This document shows, piece by piece, positions 36,501 to 48,406 of a stretch of DNA of 64,000 nt; position 1 is the stretch's first letter; every line of letters begins with the position of its first letter. Position numbers and translations under genes: made by a program. Under the pieces are notes generated by a model, which saw only the letters and a list, made by a program, of their open reading frames with translations, did no database searches and was not told the DNA's origin. The stretch spans positions 434,001 to 498,000 of the forward strand of contig CP110439.1 in assembly GCA_026914245.1 (NCBI GenBank). Reading direction: 5' to 3'. This DNA is from Puccinia triticina. Lineage: Eukaryota.

Positions 36501-38523
36501 TGTACAGAACCTTGGGAATTTCTAGGGTACCAGCCCCATTGGTTATCCTGAGGTGTCCACTATGTGTCGCCGTCATGAATCCCGTCGAAGACGCAAGGTT
36601 CAGTCTCATGGAGGGTCGCAGCGCTGTTAAAAAGGAAAAATCAGGGAGAGATCCGCTCACGTGGTGGGTCGCCCCAGAATCCAACACAGTGCCAACGCCA
36701 GCTGTGCCTGTCGCATCCGCACCCACCGCCGATCGAACCGCCGCATTCTCTTTGGGACGGGTGGGTGGGTCGTTCGGAGGCGCAGCTTGACGGGCGAAAC
36801 CGGAAGCGGGGCAACCAGGTGCGGGGGTATTGGGCAACTGCAGGCCGGCGTCCCTGCGGAGAGTCGGACAAGTCGATCTCCAATGTCCTGATACCCCACA
36901 GTATAGGCAAGGTCTGCCGGCGAGAAGGTTGGGATCGTTGGGACCAGTGTTGCCCCGTCGTATGTTGTTGATAGCCGAGGCGATATCGTCAATAGTTGGA
37001 TTCCCTGGAGTACCAACGTTTTGGTTGCGTTGCTGGTTGGGTTGTGGTACAGATGGTCGTTGCTGAGTCGGTTGACGTTGAGATCTTGCCGGTTGTTGAA
37101 TTCGTGCGTTGGGTTGTGTCGCAGCATTCCAATTCGGGATGTTTGCAGGTGGTTGGTTGGGCCAGGTCCGGTATACCGAGGGGATTGACAAAGTTGATGA
37201 ATCAAATTGTACCGTTTCGCCATACGCGGAAGTGATAATCGTCTGGATATCTCTAGCCGTAACATCCGCTTTTTGTCCAAGTTGCAAAGATATGTTTTGA
37301 AATAACTGTGACCAAGACATGGAGGCCGGAGGTGGGACAATGGATTGTAAAATGAGACTCTCAACAAGAGGGGAAAGGGCCGCTCCGACTTTTTGAAGGT
37401 CTGAGAAGATATCAAATAATTTGTTGAACAGGCCAGGAATCTGTGATGGATCAGTTGACGGCCCCGAAATTCGCAATTCCAGTAATTTGTCCATGAGTTC
37501 CATTTGACGAAATCGAATAGTCCCCTGGAAGTTGGTTTGAACTGCCTCGTAAGCTTCAGTTCCGGTCGTGAATCGATCAACGAGAGATGAAAGTTCGTCA
37601 TGTACTGTGATTTGAATGAGATACAATAGGCATGTGTTCTCTTGGGCGGATAACTTGATGTAATTCTCAACCTTATCAAAGAAATTCGGGTGGCCAAGCG
37701 TGAGAAGAACGATGCGCGTAAGCCCTCTTTTCCATTTGTTGAAATTCGATCCATCCGGCAATAACGGGTCCACTTCTGACTTGTAAATACTCGGCTGTTG
37801 CAAGAATTTGTTTCTGGGCGAGATGTCGGTCGTATTTGCTTGAGACATGGGGATGGTGGGTGGATCTACGACGAATGGGGTCTGAGATGTTGCAGATATT
37901 GGGCCCAATGAAGATTGTGGAGACTGGGGAAAATCGGGAGACTGGGGGGAATCGGGAGATTGGGGGGACAGAATGGGTGTTGTGTCCCTTGGTATGTTGA
38001 CCTTCGGTCGGTATTCAGGTGATGGGATAACGGTGGTGATGGGCAGGCCAAAGGGATTTCTAACAACCCTGCTATCGTTTGGAAATGTTATTGTAGTCGA
38101 TTTTAGCTCGTCGATTTGTCGAGTTAAAGATTTCGAGACGATGTAGGATATAGCTGATATGAAAGGAGACGGTGGACGATCGTGTTCCAATGGATCCGGT
38201 TTTTCCTCAATTGGAGACGGAGGTAGAGGTGGAAGTTTCAGAAGTGCCTTGTAGGCTTTTGTCTGTTTTGGTCGCTTTGCTCTTGTCGGTGGAGGAAGCG
38301 GTCCCGTCAACTCAGGTCGTTCTCGTCGGGTGTTGACCATAAACTGGAGATGATGAGCCGAAGGGGTCGAGTCTAAAAGGTCGAAAAAAGGCTAGCGAGT
38401 CGGTAGACAGCTGACTCTTAATCTGTTGAGGCTAAAAACCCTACCCTTTACATTGCTCCTCCCCAACCTCCTCTTGTCTCCTGATACTCCAAATGTGGAG
38501 TTTGTCCACCCCACACTACAACA
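33545..38523 (-). mobile_element. Full-length young Ty1/copia retrotransposon
   Basis: 100-bp LTRs at 33545-33644 and 38424-38523 (TG..CA, one mismatch); 5-bp TSD ATAGT; polypurine tract next to 33645. Confidence 0.97.
33766..38340 (-). CDS. Copia Gag-Pol polyprotein (1524 aa, uninterrupted)
   Basis: CCHC knuckle CLYCGVSGHWRSTC; protease VLDSGATHH; WHCRLGH..CESC; integrase D-D-E (TDV, CDNAKE, AECLN); RT HVDD; RNase H SDASW. Domain order PR-IN-RT-RH. Confidence 0.97.
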   Translation of the reverse strand: MVNTRRERPELTGPLPPPTRAKRPKQTKAYKALLKLPPLPPSPIEEKPDPLEHDRPPSPFISAISYIVSKSLTRQIDELKSTTITFPNDSRVVRNPFGLPITTVIPSPEYRPKVNIPRDTTPILSPQSPDSPQSPDFPQSPQSSLGPISATSQTPFVVDPPTIPMSQANTTDISPRNKFLQQPSIYKSEVDPLLPDGSNFNKWKRGLTRIVLLTLGHPNFFDKVENYIKLSAQENTCLLYLIQITVHDELSSLVDRFTTGTEAYEAVQTNFQGTIRFRQMELMDKLLELRISGPSTDPSQIPGLFNKLFDIFSDLQKVGAALSPLVESLILQSIVPPPASMSWSQLFQNISLQLGQKADVTARDIQTIITSAYGETVQFDSSTLSIPSVYRTWPNQPPANIPNWNAATQPNARIQQPARSQRQPTQQRPSVPQPNQQRNQNVGTPGNPTIDDIASAINNIRRGNTGPNDPNLLAGRPCLYCGVSGHWRSTCPTLRRDAGLQLPNTPAPGCPASGFARQAAPPNDPPTRPKENAAVRSAVGADATGTAGVGTVLDSGATHHVSGSLPDFSFLTALRPSMRLNLASSTGFMTATHSGHLRITNGAGTLEIPKVLYSPEMTGTLLSLGQLIDSGFKPTFLPNNDILLASPFLTFTAQYRNRSWLVFPDSFHPRSALVRNILTSISSSPSFDWHCRLGHVSDAIVKDFLKRFVPDFDLKTWTPFICESCKQCKSKQQRHHLPEVVPMESRLDLMVTDVLGPLDADIHGNRFLLTVRDHATTFSFVFAMKSRSEVPTIIISLVKKIMSHFKSAPKYIRCDNAKEYTTQSFQNYLSSVGTSIIFTSPYTPEQNGEAECLNRTLGDIARTTLRHSHMPETLWSYAYRCACFLINRLPNARCKTSPLELWSDRKPSAECFHPFGTKACVHIPKERCRKMDLRGWTGYLVGYQDNERGWFFWNPTTKKVVNSECAEFFDYQGKPLINTPTQSSDASSIRRALVLGQEKTKETCDAQDDQIDNIQAISDAEIPINLRQALRGPASDRWRTACISEWDQLVEIDTFDIKEKERKHSIGTRFVFDIKRKSDGTIEKLKARFVVRGFKQRLGRDVKSTFAPTASLTTLRLLITLAIKKKWRINSFDITGAFVHSPIDETMYVDPPVKLFPHLAGKVLKLKKALYGTRQASRCWWKHFKGLLQGWGFDCDEVEECLYRYKKGDLVIIIWIHVDDGIVFSNDPSALGLLRGNMEKNLQVRWDDKPDKLVGIKLDYEDNTIFLSQPFLTDQTVAKFQELVQPVIVPTYTPLVDNNLTTSNKEPIDATLYQSLIGSLNYIALGSRPDLSYSVNYLARFSANPDETHWNGLKHLVQYLATTKDKRLKLECTDDHLITWSDASWGGEYQRSTSGFIITFLGSPIAWGSRRQKVVATSTCTAEFISIGSSMDFLLFLIPILQSLDINPNLILKCDNRAAVLVSDDNASKGQMKSLERNFFFVNDAVREHNIKLKWVSTSDNIADFFTKPLKTTLHSISMKKIFR

Positions 38524-39290
38524 ATAGTAGAGGTGTATCAAAAGATAGCCTACTTTGAGCAGGTGGCTTAAGCGATATGGTGATGTAGCTGATGTGTAAG
38601 TGTTGTAATGATGTTATAATTTGTATTTAAGGGTGTAAAACCACAATATAGAGTGGGGCTAATACTGTATAGTGAGCAATTATTGTACTGTTATGGGGTA
38701 AGATGAGTGCAAGTAGTTTGCTGAGAGAAATTACAACTGGGGGGAGGAGCGCCTCCTTAAATAGAAAAGAGTGAGACATTTTGGCTCCAGGGGAACAAGA
38801 GAATGAGGGGTTTTAGCTTCCCTGAAGACTACAATGAGGTATTTTGGCTGGTGATTGACAGGTCACATGAGGTCATGATGTCATATGAGGGAATTTAGCT
38901 AGTGAGAAATAGGAGGTGAGATGTTTTAGCTGGCCTGGCCTGTCAAATGATGTCATGGTCACATGCTGTCATCCTTTCATGATGTCATTTGCAAGCTGCA
39001 TGAGGAGTTTTGACTATCTTGACACCTGCATGATCCTGCATGATGTCATCTGTCAACTGTCAGACTACAGCCCCTATTAATTAATTAGTCTGCATGCACC
39101 TGCATAAGACTGCATTAGACTGCATAAGCCCGCACGGTCAGCCTCGAGCGCATGAGACTACAATACTCATGCGCCATAAGGCAACTACAGAGCACCTAGC
39201 GCAGCAAGGCAAGACCTCTCCGCGCCAGGAAGAGCACGGACTGAAGCGCAACTTGGTTACTAACTCTATTGAGACTAGTAGCTCTCAATA

Positions 39291-39491
39291 GGGTGGTTCA
39301 CAATAGGACAAAAATAAAATTTTAGAGTCAATTTTAAGGCCTTTATCAACAAATTTCTAAAAATCTGGCAAGTTGTACAGGACTGGGTGTCCCCTGAGAA
39401 TCAGTGCAAGTTCTTCATTTTTTAAAAAAATGTTCATAAAGGCCTTAAAATTAGCTCTCAAGTTTTATTTTTATCCTATTGTGAACCCCCC
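39291..39491. mobile_element. MITE inserted in the gypsy LTR
   Basis: ~70-bp imperfect TIRs GGGTGGTTCACAATAGGA.. / ..TCCTATTGTGAACCCCCC, with TA on both sides. Confidence 0.85.
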
Positions 39492-39584
39492 TACTAGAGA
39501 ATAGTTATTCCCCATACAAACCTTTCTTATCCCCTAGGGATAAAGGAAAGGTCTAAGCGCACTGAAGCACGCACAAATCACTTC

Positions 39585-39744
39585 GGCCCTGTTTGGCTGC
39601 CGCGTTGTACGTGATAAATGGGCTTATTTATCACGCGCGACCCCTGGGGGGTCAAAGTTTTTGGTGGAGATGGGGGGCCAACTTTGGGTCGCGCGGGATA
39701 AATTTGCACATTTATCACGCATAACGCAGCAGCCAAACGGGGCC
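39585..39744. mobile_element. Tourist-like (PIF/Harbinger) MITE in the gypsy LTR
   Basis: TIRs GGCCCTGTTTGGCTGC / GCAGCCAAACGGGGCC; flanks TTC and TTA (TTA-type TSD with one mismatch). Confidence 0.8.
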
Positions 39745-41368
39745 TTAAAAAGCCAAAGGACCTCAAGGCAAAGAGATCCTTAGATCAGATTTACCCTTAA
39801 ATAGAAATTTAGGTTAAATAGTCTCATCCCTACCAAGCCCAAGCGGTTACGACACTAGGTCGTGATTAGGGATTTATATTCCCTTCCTCTCTTTTCCCCG
39901 CTCTCTTTGTTATCCTTTGTACTCTTTCCTTATCTTTCTACTCAATTACCTTTCGTACTCAATATCAGTCTACCTTGAGCCCAATCTATTTTCCTTTAAA
40001 CATCTTCTGAAGTCCTTGCGCGCTCGAGATTTGTATTCAGTGGTAGACACAGAAGAGACTACCCCTGACATTTGGGGGCCTCATTGGGAAATTTTCACTC
40101 AAGACCTCGGTCAGTGAAAATCTTTTCCTTTTTCCTTTTCTTGTACCCAGTGGTTGGTTGACACTGCGGCCTTTATAATCCTGGAATTGCCGATTCGGAT
40201 TCTTACGCACTAGACATCCGCCGGATTAGTGATGTGTCTCTGAGATCGTTTGATTCAGTTGACAAAGAGTATTGCCAATATCTTCTTATAGGGTTAGCTA
40301 GTAAGCTCTGTTCTTTTATTCAGTAATCTTTTAACCTTGTCGGTGTCCAGAATTGTTGAAGTCATCCTGAGATATTGTCTTCTTCTAAAAATCGTCAAAC
40401 AGTCTGAACTATCTACGTCTCCACAAGAATAGAAATATTTGCTGAAGCTACTTCAAATAAACATCACTAGTAAGCTTAGTAGACTATTAAAAGGAATCAT
40501 AGTCACACCTAGAAACTTATATAAAAATCTAGTGTCTACACCAACTGCCAAAATCCCTTTTGGACCAGTAGAGAATCCGAACCCTCGTGTTTTTTTTTTT
40601 GGACCAGAAAACAACCCAAACCTACCGACAGAGCCTGTGGTCAACGTTACCAATAGCCTCAATAGCAGTTCTATTAACCATTCTGAGGTCAATGACCAGG
40701 GAAGCATTGAGAATCTGTTTGCTAGTATATTTACTCGTAGAGGGCAGACCGCTCCTCTCCCCGCTACTAGATTAACTCTTGGAGTGACTCTGGATCAGAA
40801 CCAAACATCCATCAGTCAGACAACTCTCCCTGCTACAGCTCCTTTACCTCCCACCAACAGAGGACCTCAAACCGATCCTGCTTTAGTTATTCCTACTACG
40901 GATCCGGGCACGAGAGACCAATCTCGAGCTTCTACCGATATTCTTCAGCGCTACTTAGCAGGAGAAAATCCTAGTGTTCCTGTGAACAGAGGCAATAACA
41001 ATAGTGATTCTGACATTAAATAGGGGGTTTCAAACATGGTGCAGGTCCCATCAGTTGTAGAGAACCAAGGGAACCATGCCCAACAAATCAGACTTATCTG
41101 ACAATGTTTCTCGTGCTTCTTCCACTAGATCCTCCCACCCACCGCTGGTCCCAGCAGGGGACTTTAAGCGAGCAACAAGTAAGGCACCAAAGACGAAGTT
41201 GGCCGCCGGAGGCAGAGTTCTGTTGAACTCACAGTCCAGCAGTTCATTTTCACCCCGCTGCGGCACAACAGTCGATGCGGAACAATGAGACAACCACACT
41301 AGTGAAACCTATCTTAGATTATCGGATGTATATAGTTACACACGTGAACTTTGTATTTCCTTTTTCTT

Positions 41369-41794
41369 CATCCGATTTGTTTGGTTTCATTGTGTCAGAG
41401 TCTCACTCATCTCTGTCCCATTTCCTTCGTGTCGACTCAGGTCTGTTCATCACATCTTCATACACTTTCTCCTGTTCTCATTTCTCATCTTGTTTTTCTC
41501 AGGTTCGCACTTAGCTCTCAGGTCGTTAGTCTCGCGGTTGTATACTAACGCCCGTGGTTGGAAAACCAAAGGTTAGAAATGAAACATCCGATTTGTTTGG
41601 TTTCATTGTGTCAGAGTCTCACTCATCTCTGTCCCATTTCCTTCGTGTCGACTCAGGTTCGCACTTAGCTCTCAGGTCGTTAGTCTCGCGGTTGTATACT
41701 AACGCCCGTGGTTGGAAAACCAAAGGTTCGCACTTAGCTCTCAGGTCGTTAGTCTCGCGGTTGTATACTAACGCCCGTGGTTGGAAAACCAAAG
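41369..41794 (+). repeat. Exact block duplication A-intron-B / A-B-B in the gypsy leader
   Basis: 72-bp block A at 41369 and 41585; 69-bp block B at 41503, 41657 and 41726; a 62-bp GT..AG segment (41441-41502) is present only in the first copy. Confidence 0.9.
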
Positions 41795-42143
41795 ATCATT
41801 CGTTCTTTAAGTTCATCTTTCAGAACCACCTGCTCTGCAAACAACAGTACCTCCAAGCGGTATCGGGGGGGAGCACGCGCGCGATGGAAGTGCTACGTCG
41901 ACAAGCCATGGGATCCCACAGGATCCTGGAGGAGTTGATAGGCCGAGAGCCTCTCCTGCTTTTGATGGAAGGCTGGAATCCCTTTTCCATCCACCGGACT
42001 CAAGTCCCTCCGACCCCTCACCTTAACAGGAATCATCCCTACAACAGGAACGACAACCATCGACCAGTAGAGCAAAGAGCTCGAGAGAATCCAGCCCTGA
42101 GAAACCCAGGCAATCCTCCTCCGGGACACGGAAGGATGGGGGG

Positions 42144-45100
42144 TTGGCAGAACCATCAGAGACAGATGTATACCAAACTATTCCAGATGTCTCGAACGAT
42201 TCAGGGGGCGTATCAACATCTGGACGAGTCGTCCAGAGCTTGTCGCCAAGGGAACTAGGTCCCCTTACGATCCGTGATGCGAAGAAAGTTTTTTCCTTAT
42301 TGTTTACCCAAATCAAAGAGTTAGTAGATGATAATAGTAAACTAGTATTGGAAAATCTTTGCCCTTTCATTCAATCTGAATTAATCTCCTCTTTGAAATC
42401 CTTTCACCAATAACTTTTGACCCCGATTTCCAAATCCATTCAACACTCTAATGATAAATTGAACACCCATTGTAAAGACATTACTACTTCATTCACTAAT
42501 ATCAGCAATCTTTGTAATTCCATCTTGCTCCAGAGCGGATCCCACCATAAACAGATTAAAAATTTTGGCAAGACCATCCAAACTCTTACAGCAAAGATCC
42601 CAGAAAAAAGCGCGAGCAATAGTTGCAAATGTGAGTTTAATAAGATCACCTTTAAGGAAGACCTAGAAGACTTAAGTATGCATCTTAAGGGAGAAATAAA
42701 TAAACAACTTGAGAGTGTTAAAAAGGAAGTTTCCGCAACAATAGGATTGCAAGATCAGAAACTAGTATACTCGGTACAAGATGTAGCAGCAAGGGTTGAA
42801 TCTCTAGGAGCTGAGATTACGGCCTGAAGTCTTGATAGAGAACAAGCGAAAGAGTTCTCCCCTAGGTCAGAGAACACGCTTAGGCAAAACCCTGACCGAG
42901 AAAAATCGAGCAGTATCAAACTAGAAACGGCGATACCAAGTAGTAGCAATGTCATGCTATTTGGTATATATCAAGAGATTAAGAACCTCGCGACAGCCAT
43001 TCAAGAGAAGAACCATTCCTCCATCTCCGAAGGAACAGTAAAAGCAATGATAGCAGAGTTAGACAAAGGACATCGTAAAGACTTCTCAGCTTTAAGCACT
43101 AAATTGGACAGGCTACTAAGCCAGTTCAGAGAAGATGGGGCGGATGTAAGGTCAGAGTTGGCCCAGCTTAATGACCGGATAGGATTGGAGCATCGTTCCA
43201 AAGGTCTTGAAAGAGAACCTGTAGATAGGAACACATATAACAGACCGCCCTTGTCTCATAACACTCAGGAGAACTATCAGGTTCCGTTTGAATAACCATC
43301 TCACCACAGTGTATCTGAAATGCAGAAACATCTATGGGGAGCCGTCAATAAGCTGGAATGGCCGAAATTCTTGGGGCAAGGGGAGTACAATCACACAGAG
43401 TTCATCGACTGGATAGATACATGCAGGGCTGAAACTAAAGTACCGGATGAATTCATACAGATTAAGTTACTCTCTATACTCACAGGAGTAGCGGGGTTAT
43501 GGTATAAAGCTATGCAAAAAGACCATGCTACAGAGAAATGGGACTTTTGGAAAAAAGCTATCACCTTGCAATACGGTACTTCCAATTGGATGAGAAAAAA
43601 ACAAGAAGCCTTTGACAAAGATAAGTTCATTGCGGGAGAGACACCGGTATCATCGTGGTTCACAAGGCAATACAAAAGGCTCCGAGCTTTTGAGCCTCAA
43701 CTGTCCTTACAGTCCATCAACTTTAGATTACTAGGACTAATGGACCGCGAAGTAGAGTACGCAGCTAAAACAGCGATGGGCTCTACTAAAGCGGATATGA
43801 GCGCTCTAATTAACGTCCTAGAAGACATTGTTGATAAAACTCGACTAGGCAGGAAAAATTTTGTTCCCAAAGCAACAATACCAGAGAAACCAGCCTCTAA
43901 GTCTACGGAGGCTAAAGACCAAGCAATGACTGCGTCAGGAGATGTCAAATGTTACACGTGCCATAAAACGGGACACACTTCTCGAAACTGCCCTAAGAAA
44001 ATCAATAACATAGGAGATACCGAAGAAATAGAACAAGGAGAAGCAACCGAAAGCAAGATCAATGAAGACAATGATATGGTTATAGTGTCTAGTCTGACTT
44101 TAGCGGTTACCGCTCCAGAAGGAAAGAACAACTTAGTCAGAATGACTTGTGCGGGAAAAGAGTGCACAGTTTTACTAGATAGCGGCGCGGTAAAATCAGT
44201 AGTAAGCAAGAGCTACCTCAGCCGGTTTTGCAAAGACTGGAGGAAATATGTCCTACCGGCAAAGCCAGGGAAGTTCCATAGCTGCACTGGGGCTCTACGA
44301 CCACTAGGAATAGTGAAGGTCCAGATAAACTTCAATTCTTTCAAGTTCATTATCAGCTTTGTGGTTATGGAAAACATGCCAGTACGCTACTTTATAATTG
44401 GCAACGACTATCTATCTCATTATAATATTTCTCTCCTTAACGAGTCTGGAAGAAAGTTCTCTGTTAAAGGGAAAATCTTTGAGTTCGAAGCATCCATAAA
44501 TTCTATCTTAGCAATAGCGAGCGGCAAAGACAGCTTTGAAGAAGAAGTCATTGAGACTTCAAAAATCGGTCCAGATCTAGAAAACAAACACAAAACCCAG
44601 CTGATTTCCATTTTCCGAACCAACCACAAGGCCTTTACCACTTCCGAAGAGCCATTTGGGGCCATTAGAGGACATGAGGTGAAAATCACATTAACTATAG
44701 ATAGACCTTACCCTCCAGCCTTGCGCAAGGCACCATATCCCGCAAGCCCTCGAAGCAAAACAGCTTTGGAAGAACACATAGTGCTACTTACAAAAATGGG
44801 AATCATCCGCAAAGTAGGCGCAAATGAGAACGTAGATATAACAACACCAGTGATAATAGCTTGGCATAACAATAATTCAAGATTAGTGGGTGATTTTTGT
44901 GCACTTAACAGCTACACGACCCCGGACAGATACCCAATGCCCAAGATTATGGAATCATTGACGCGTCTGCACAAAGCTAAATTCATAACCTGTATGGACG
45001 TCCTCAAAGGGTTCCACCAGAACGTGGTACACCCAAAGAGTAGGAAATTCTTGCGCATAATCTGTCATTTAGGAATCCACAAATATCTCTGCATGCCTTT

Positions 45101-47462
45101 TGGCATTAAAAATGCGCCGTCTCATTTTCAAAGAATGATGGATACAGAGTTTCACGAAGAACTTAGCCAATTATGGCTTATAATATACATCAATGATATA
45201 ATCATTTTTACTGAAACATGGGAAGATCATCTAGACAAACTCGAAATTGTACTACAAAAAGTGATTAAAATGAATATGAAGATTTCATTGTCTAAATGCT
45301 TGTTTGGATTCCAGGAGCTAAAAGCGTTGGGCCATATAGTCAATGGCCTGTCATTAGGAATTGATCAACACCGCTTAGCGGCAGTCTTGTTAAAACCAAT
45401 CCCATCCAACGTGAAAGAGCTCCAATCTTTCTTAGGATTCGCCGGTTATTACAGGTTGCATGTAATTAAAAGCTTTAGCCTTATTACCGGATGCTTGTAC
45501 AAGTTATGCAGCCCGGCAGTAGGGTTTGAAATGACGAAAGAACAAGTTGAAGCTTATGAAGACCTGAAAGAAGCTTTGACCACAGCACCGTTACTTTTCC
45601 ACCCGGATCCTAATAAACCTTTTAAACTGTATTTTGACGTGTGTATGGAGGGCCTAGGAGCCGCACTACATCAAATACAGATTATCAATGATAAACCTAT
45701 TGAAGGACCTATCTGCTTCATATCAAGGCAGCTTGAAAATTCAGAAAAACACTACGGAGCGTCACAGCGAGAGTGTCTGTGCCTAGTGTGGGCTTTGGAA
45801 AAGCTCTATTATTATCTGGATGGCTGCGTTTTTGAGGTTATTACAGATTGCATTTCTCTGAAATCTTTGCTAAACATGACAACGCCTAGCCGACACATGT
45901 TACGCTGGCAGATATCCATCCAAATGTGGAGGGGATCAATGACAATTACGCACCAAGACGGAATAATCCACAAAAATGCCGACGGATTATCTAGATGGGC
46001 ACTGCCTAACAATGAATCTAATCCGGCATCAGATCTGAAAGAAACCAAAAGAGAAGTACCTATCATGGCCATCTCTGTCAGCGGCTTGGCGAGCAAGTTT
46101 TGGGATTCAGTAGAAAAGAGCTATCAGTCTGAAAAGAACACCTTATGCCTCATTGGCTTACTTCAATCTAAAACACCAAGACCTGACCTTAGCGCGCAGC
46201 TTGACAAACTGTGGAAATCACGCTTTGTATCAGGACGTTTTGTGCTCCTCGATGAACTCCTCTATCATAGATCTGAGAACCACTGCGCGTTGGTCCTATG
46301 CGCTACAGAACATATAGGAATGATATTGCACAAGTGTCATGACAATATAGGGGCAGGCCACTTCTCGAAAGAAAGGACAATAGAACGGATCAGAGCTCTG
46401 GCTTGGTGGCCAACTTGGAAGAAAGAAATTGAACAATATTGCAACACTTGTGACAGGTGTCAAAAGGCAAATAGATCCACGGGTAAGAAGTTTGGCCTCC
46501 TGTAAAGAATAGAGGAACTCAAAGACCGTTGGGAGGTGATTAATATGGATTTTGTTACCGCCCTCCCGGCAGCAGGTAAAGAAAGCTTCAACACAGTTTT
46601 AGTAGTGGTAGACCGCTTTTCCAGACGTGCTAAGTTTATTCCATGTCATAAAGATAACACGGCTATGGAGGTAGCATTAATATTCTGGAACTCTATTGTC
46701 AGCAACGTTGGGTGCCTGCAAGTCATTATTAGTGACCGCGATCCAAAGTTCACTTCTGAGTTCTGGAAGAACCTTTTCAATATTCTTGGGACTAAGCTAG
46801 CATTTTCCACGGCATATCATCCCCAGACTGACAGACTGGCGGAGAGGATGATACAAACGCTCAAAGACATGATTTGGTGCTATTGTGCGTATGGACTTCA
46901 ATTTAAGGACGCGGAAGGGTATGCTCATGATTGGGTATCATTATTACCCGCTCTAGAATACGCGTACAATTCCAGTAAGCATTCTACAACGGGTATAAGC
47001 CCTTTCGAGCTGGAAAGAGGTTGGACCCCTAGAATGCCCAAGGACATGCTGCTGAGTCACACGGTGCAAGTCCACCCGTCGGCAGCTTGCTTCCAGGAAA
47101 TGATGATTAAAGCAGAAGCAAAAGCCAGTCAGTCGGTAGCCGACGCGGTGGAGTACAATAAAGAACGTTGGGATAAAACTCATAGAGATCATGACCTAAA
47201 AATAGGGGACCTCATGCTAGTCTCCACTGTTAACTTTAACAATTTAGGTGGGCCAAAGAAACTTAGAGATGCGTTTGTAGGACCTTTTATAGTAAAAGGC
47301 TTTCATGGGCATAACACAGTCAAGGTGCTACTGACAGAAGGGTTTGAATTAAAACATCCCACCTTTCCTATCAGTCTTGTTAAGAAATACAAAAAGCCGG
47401 TAACTTCTTCACCTGCAGCCGGGTACCCGCTGTTACGGCCATCGAGGGGGTTGATTCCTTGA
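42144..47462 (+). pseudogene. Gypsy gag-pol with several premature stops
   Basis: [14 protein letters not shown] knuckle; LLDSGA protease; RT with YIND in place of YIDD; RNase H; HHCC zinc finger; integrase MDFV..SDRD..AERM. In-frame stop at 46503-46505. Domain order PR-RT-RH-IN. Confidence 0.93.
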
Positions 47463-47710
47463 GATGACCGGGACAGATCCTGGTCACCAAGGGGAATCAG
47501 CCCTCTCAATGACCGGGACAGACCCCGGTCATTGAGAGGAATTCAGCCCTCTCGATGACCGGGATCTGCCCTGGTCATTGGGAGGAATCAACCCTCTCGA
47601 TGACCAGAACAGATCCTGGTCATTGGGAGGAATCAACCCTCTTGATGACCAGGACAAACCCTGGTCATTGAGAGGAATTGAACCATCTAGGTGACCGGGA
47701 CAGATCCCGG

Positions 47711-48374
47711 TGTGGTAGACGGAAAGGTTCCACTACATCAAAAATAAAAAAAATTCTTTGTTTTCTTTTCTTTACATAGTATTCATCAGGAATCATGGAC
47801 TTTGGCGCAAGGACGGGACTCTACAGGACTAGAAGTTACATTCCAAGCTACATATACACCTCACCTCCTATTACAACCTCACATTTACATATACAACCCA
47901 GCTGCTGGACAGCTACGCATACTCATTTACACTGCATAGTATGTACATACATTCTAAATTAGTGTATTTTCACAACTGAAAGCTGCAGGTGACATCATAG
48001 AAGTACCACCTTAAATCCCTCATATTCTGACCAATCATAGTCACTCATTCAGATGTTTGTACCTTCTACATGTTATGTACATTTCCGACCAACCACATTC
48101 ACTCATTTAGTCCCCCTGCAGCTAAAATCCCTCATACAGGGCTTCCTTGTAGCTAAATTCCCTCACATTTGTCTATATAAGGAGCTCTCTCCCCCCAGTT
48201 GTCTTTCCCTTAGTTCATTACTCACCAATTACAATCACCCAACATTTACATTTACAGTCTTACATATACTTAACAACCTACATACATTACAACCCTTACA
48301 TTAACAATAACAACAATTTATTCAGTGTCATCAACAAGCTCATCTTGAACCAACCAACCCTATCACTTCATTAA

Positions 48375-48406
<32 letters not shown>

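Larger units (their letters stand above)
33405..39057. mobile_element. LTR of the TGTAA(A/G)..ACCACA family, split by the copia insertion and cut off by the gypsy insertion
   Basis: Begins TGTAAAGCTCAAAGGTGTTCCTGAGAAC as at 48743. The sequence resumes after the copia TSD (38529) colinear with the 48743 copy. Confidence 0.75.
39058..47405 (+). mobile_element. Ty3/gypsy retrotransposon, 3'-truncated and decayed
   Basis: 5' LTR 39058-40070 (TGTCAG..CTGACA), followed by PBS-like TTTGGGGGCCTC (tRNA-Pro-like), a long leader and gag-pol. No 3' LTR seen. Confidence 0.88.

Noticed and set aside
36657..37754. 365-aa alternative-frame ORF and antisense ORFs in the copia element
   Set aside because: They overlap the intact gag-pol and have no motifs; most likely codon-bias shadows.
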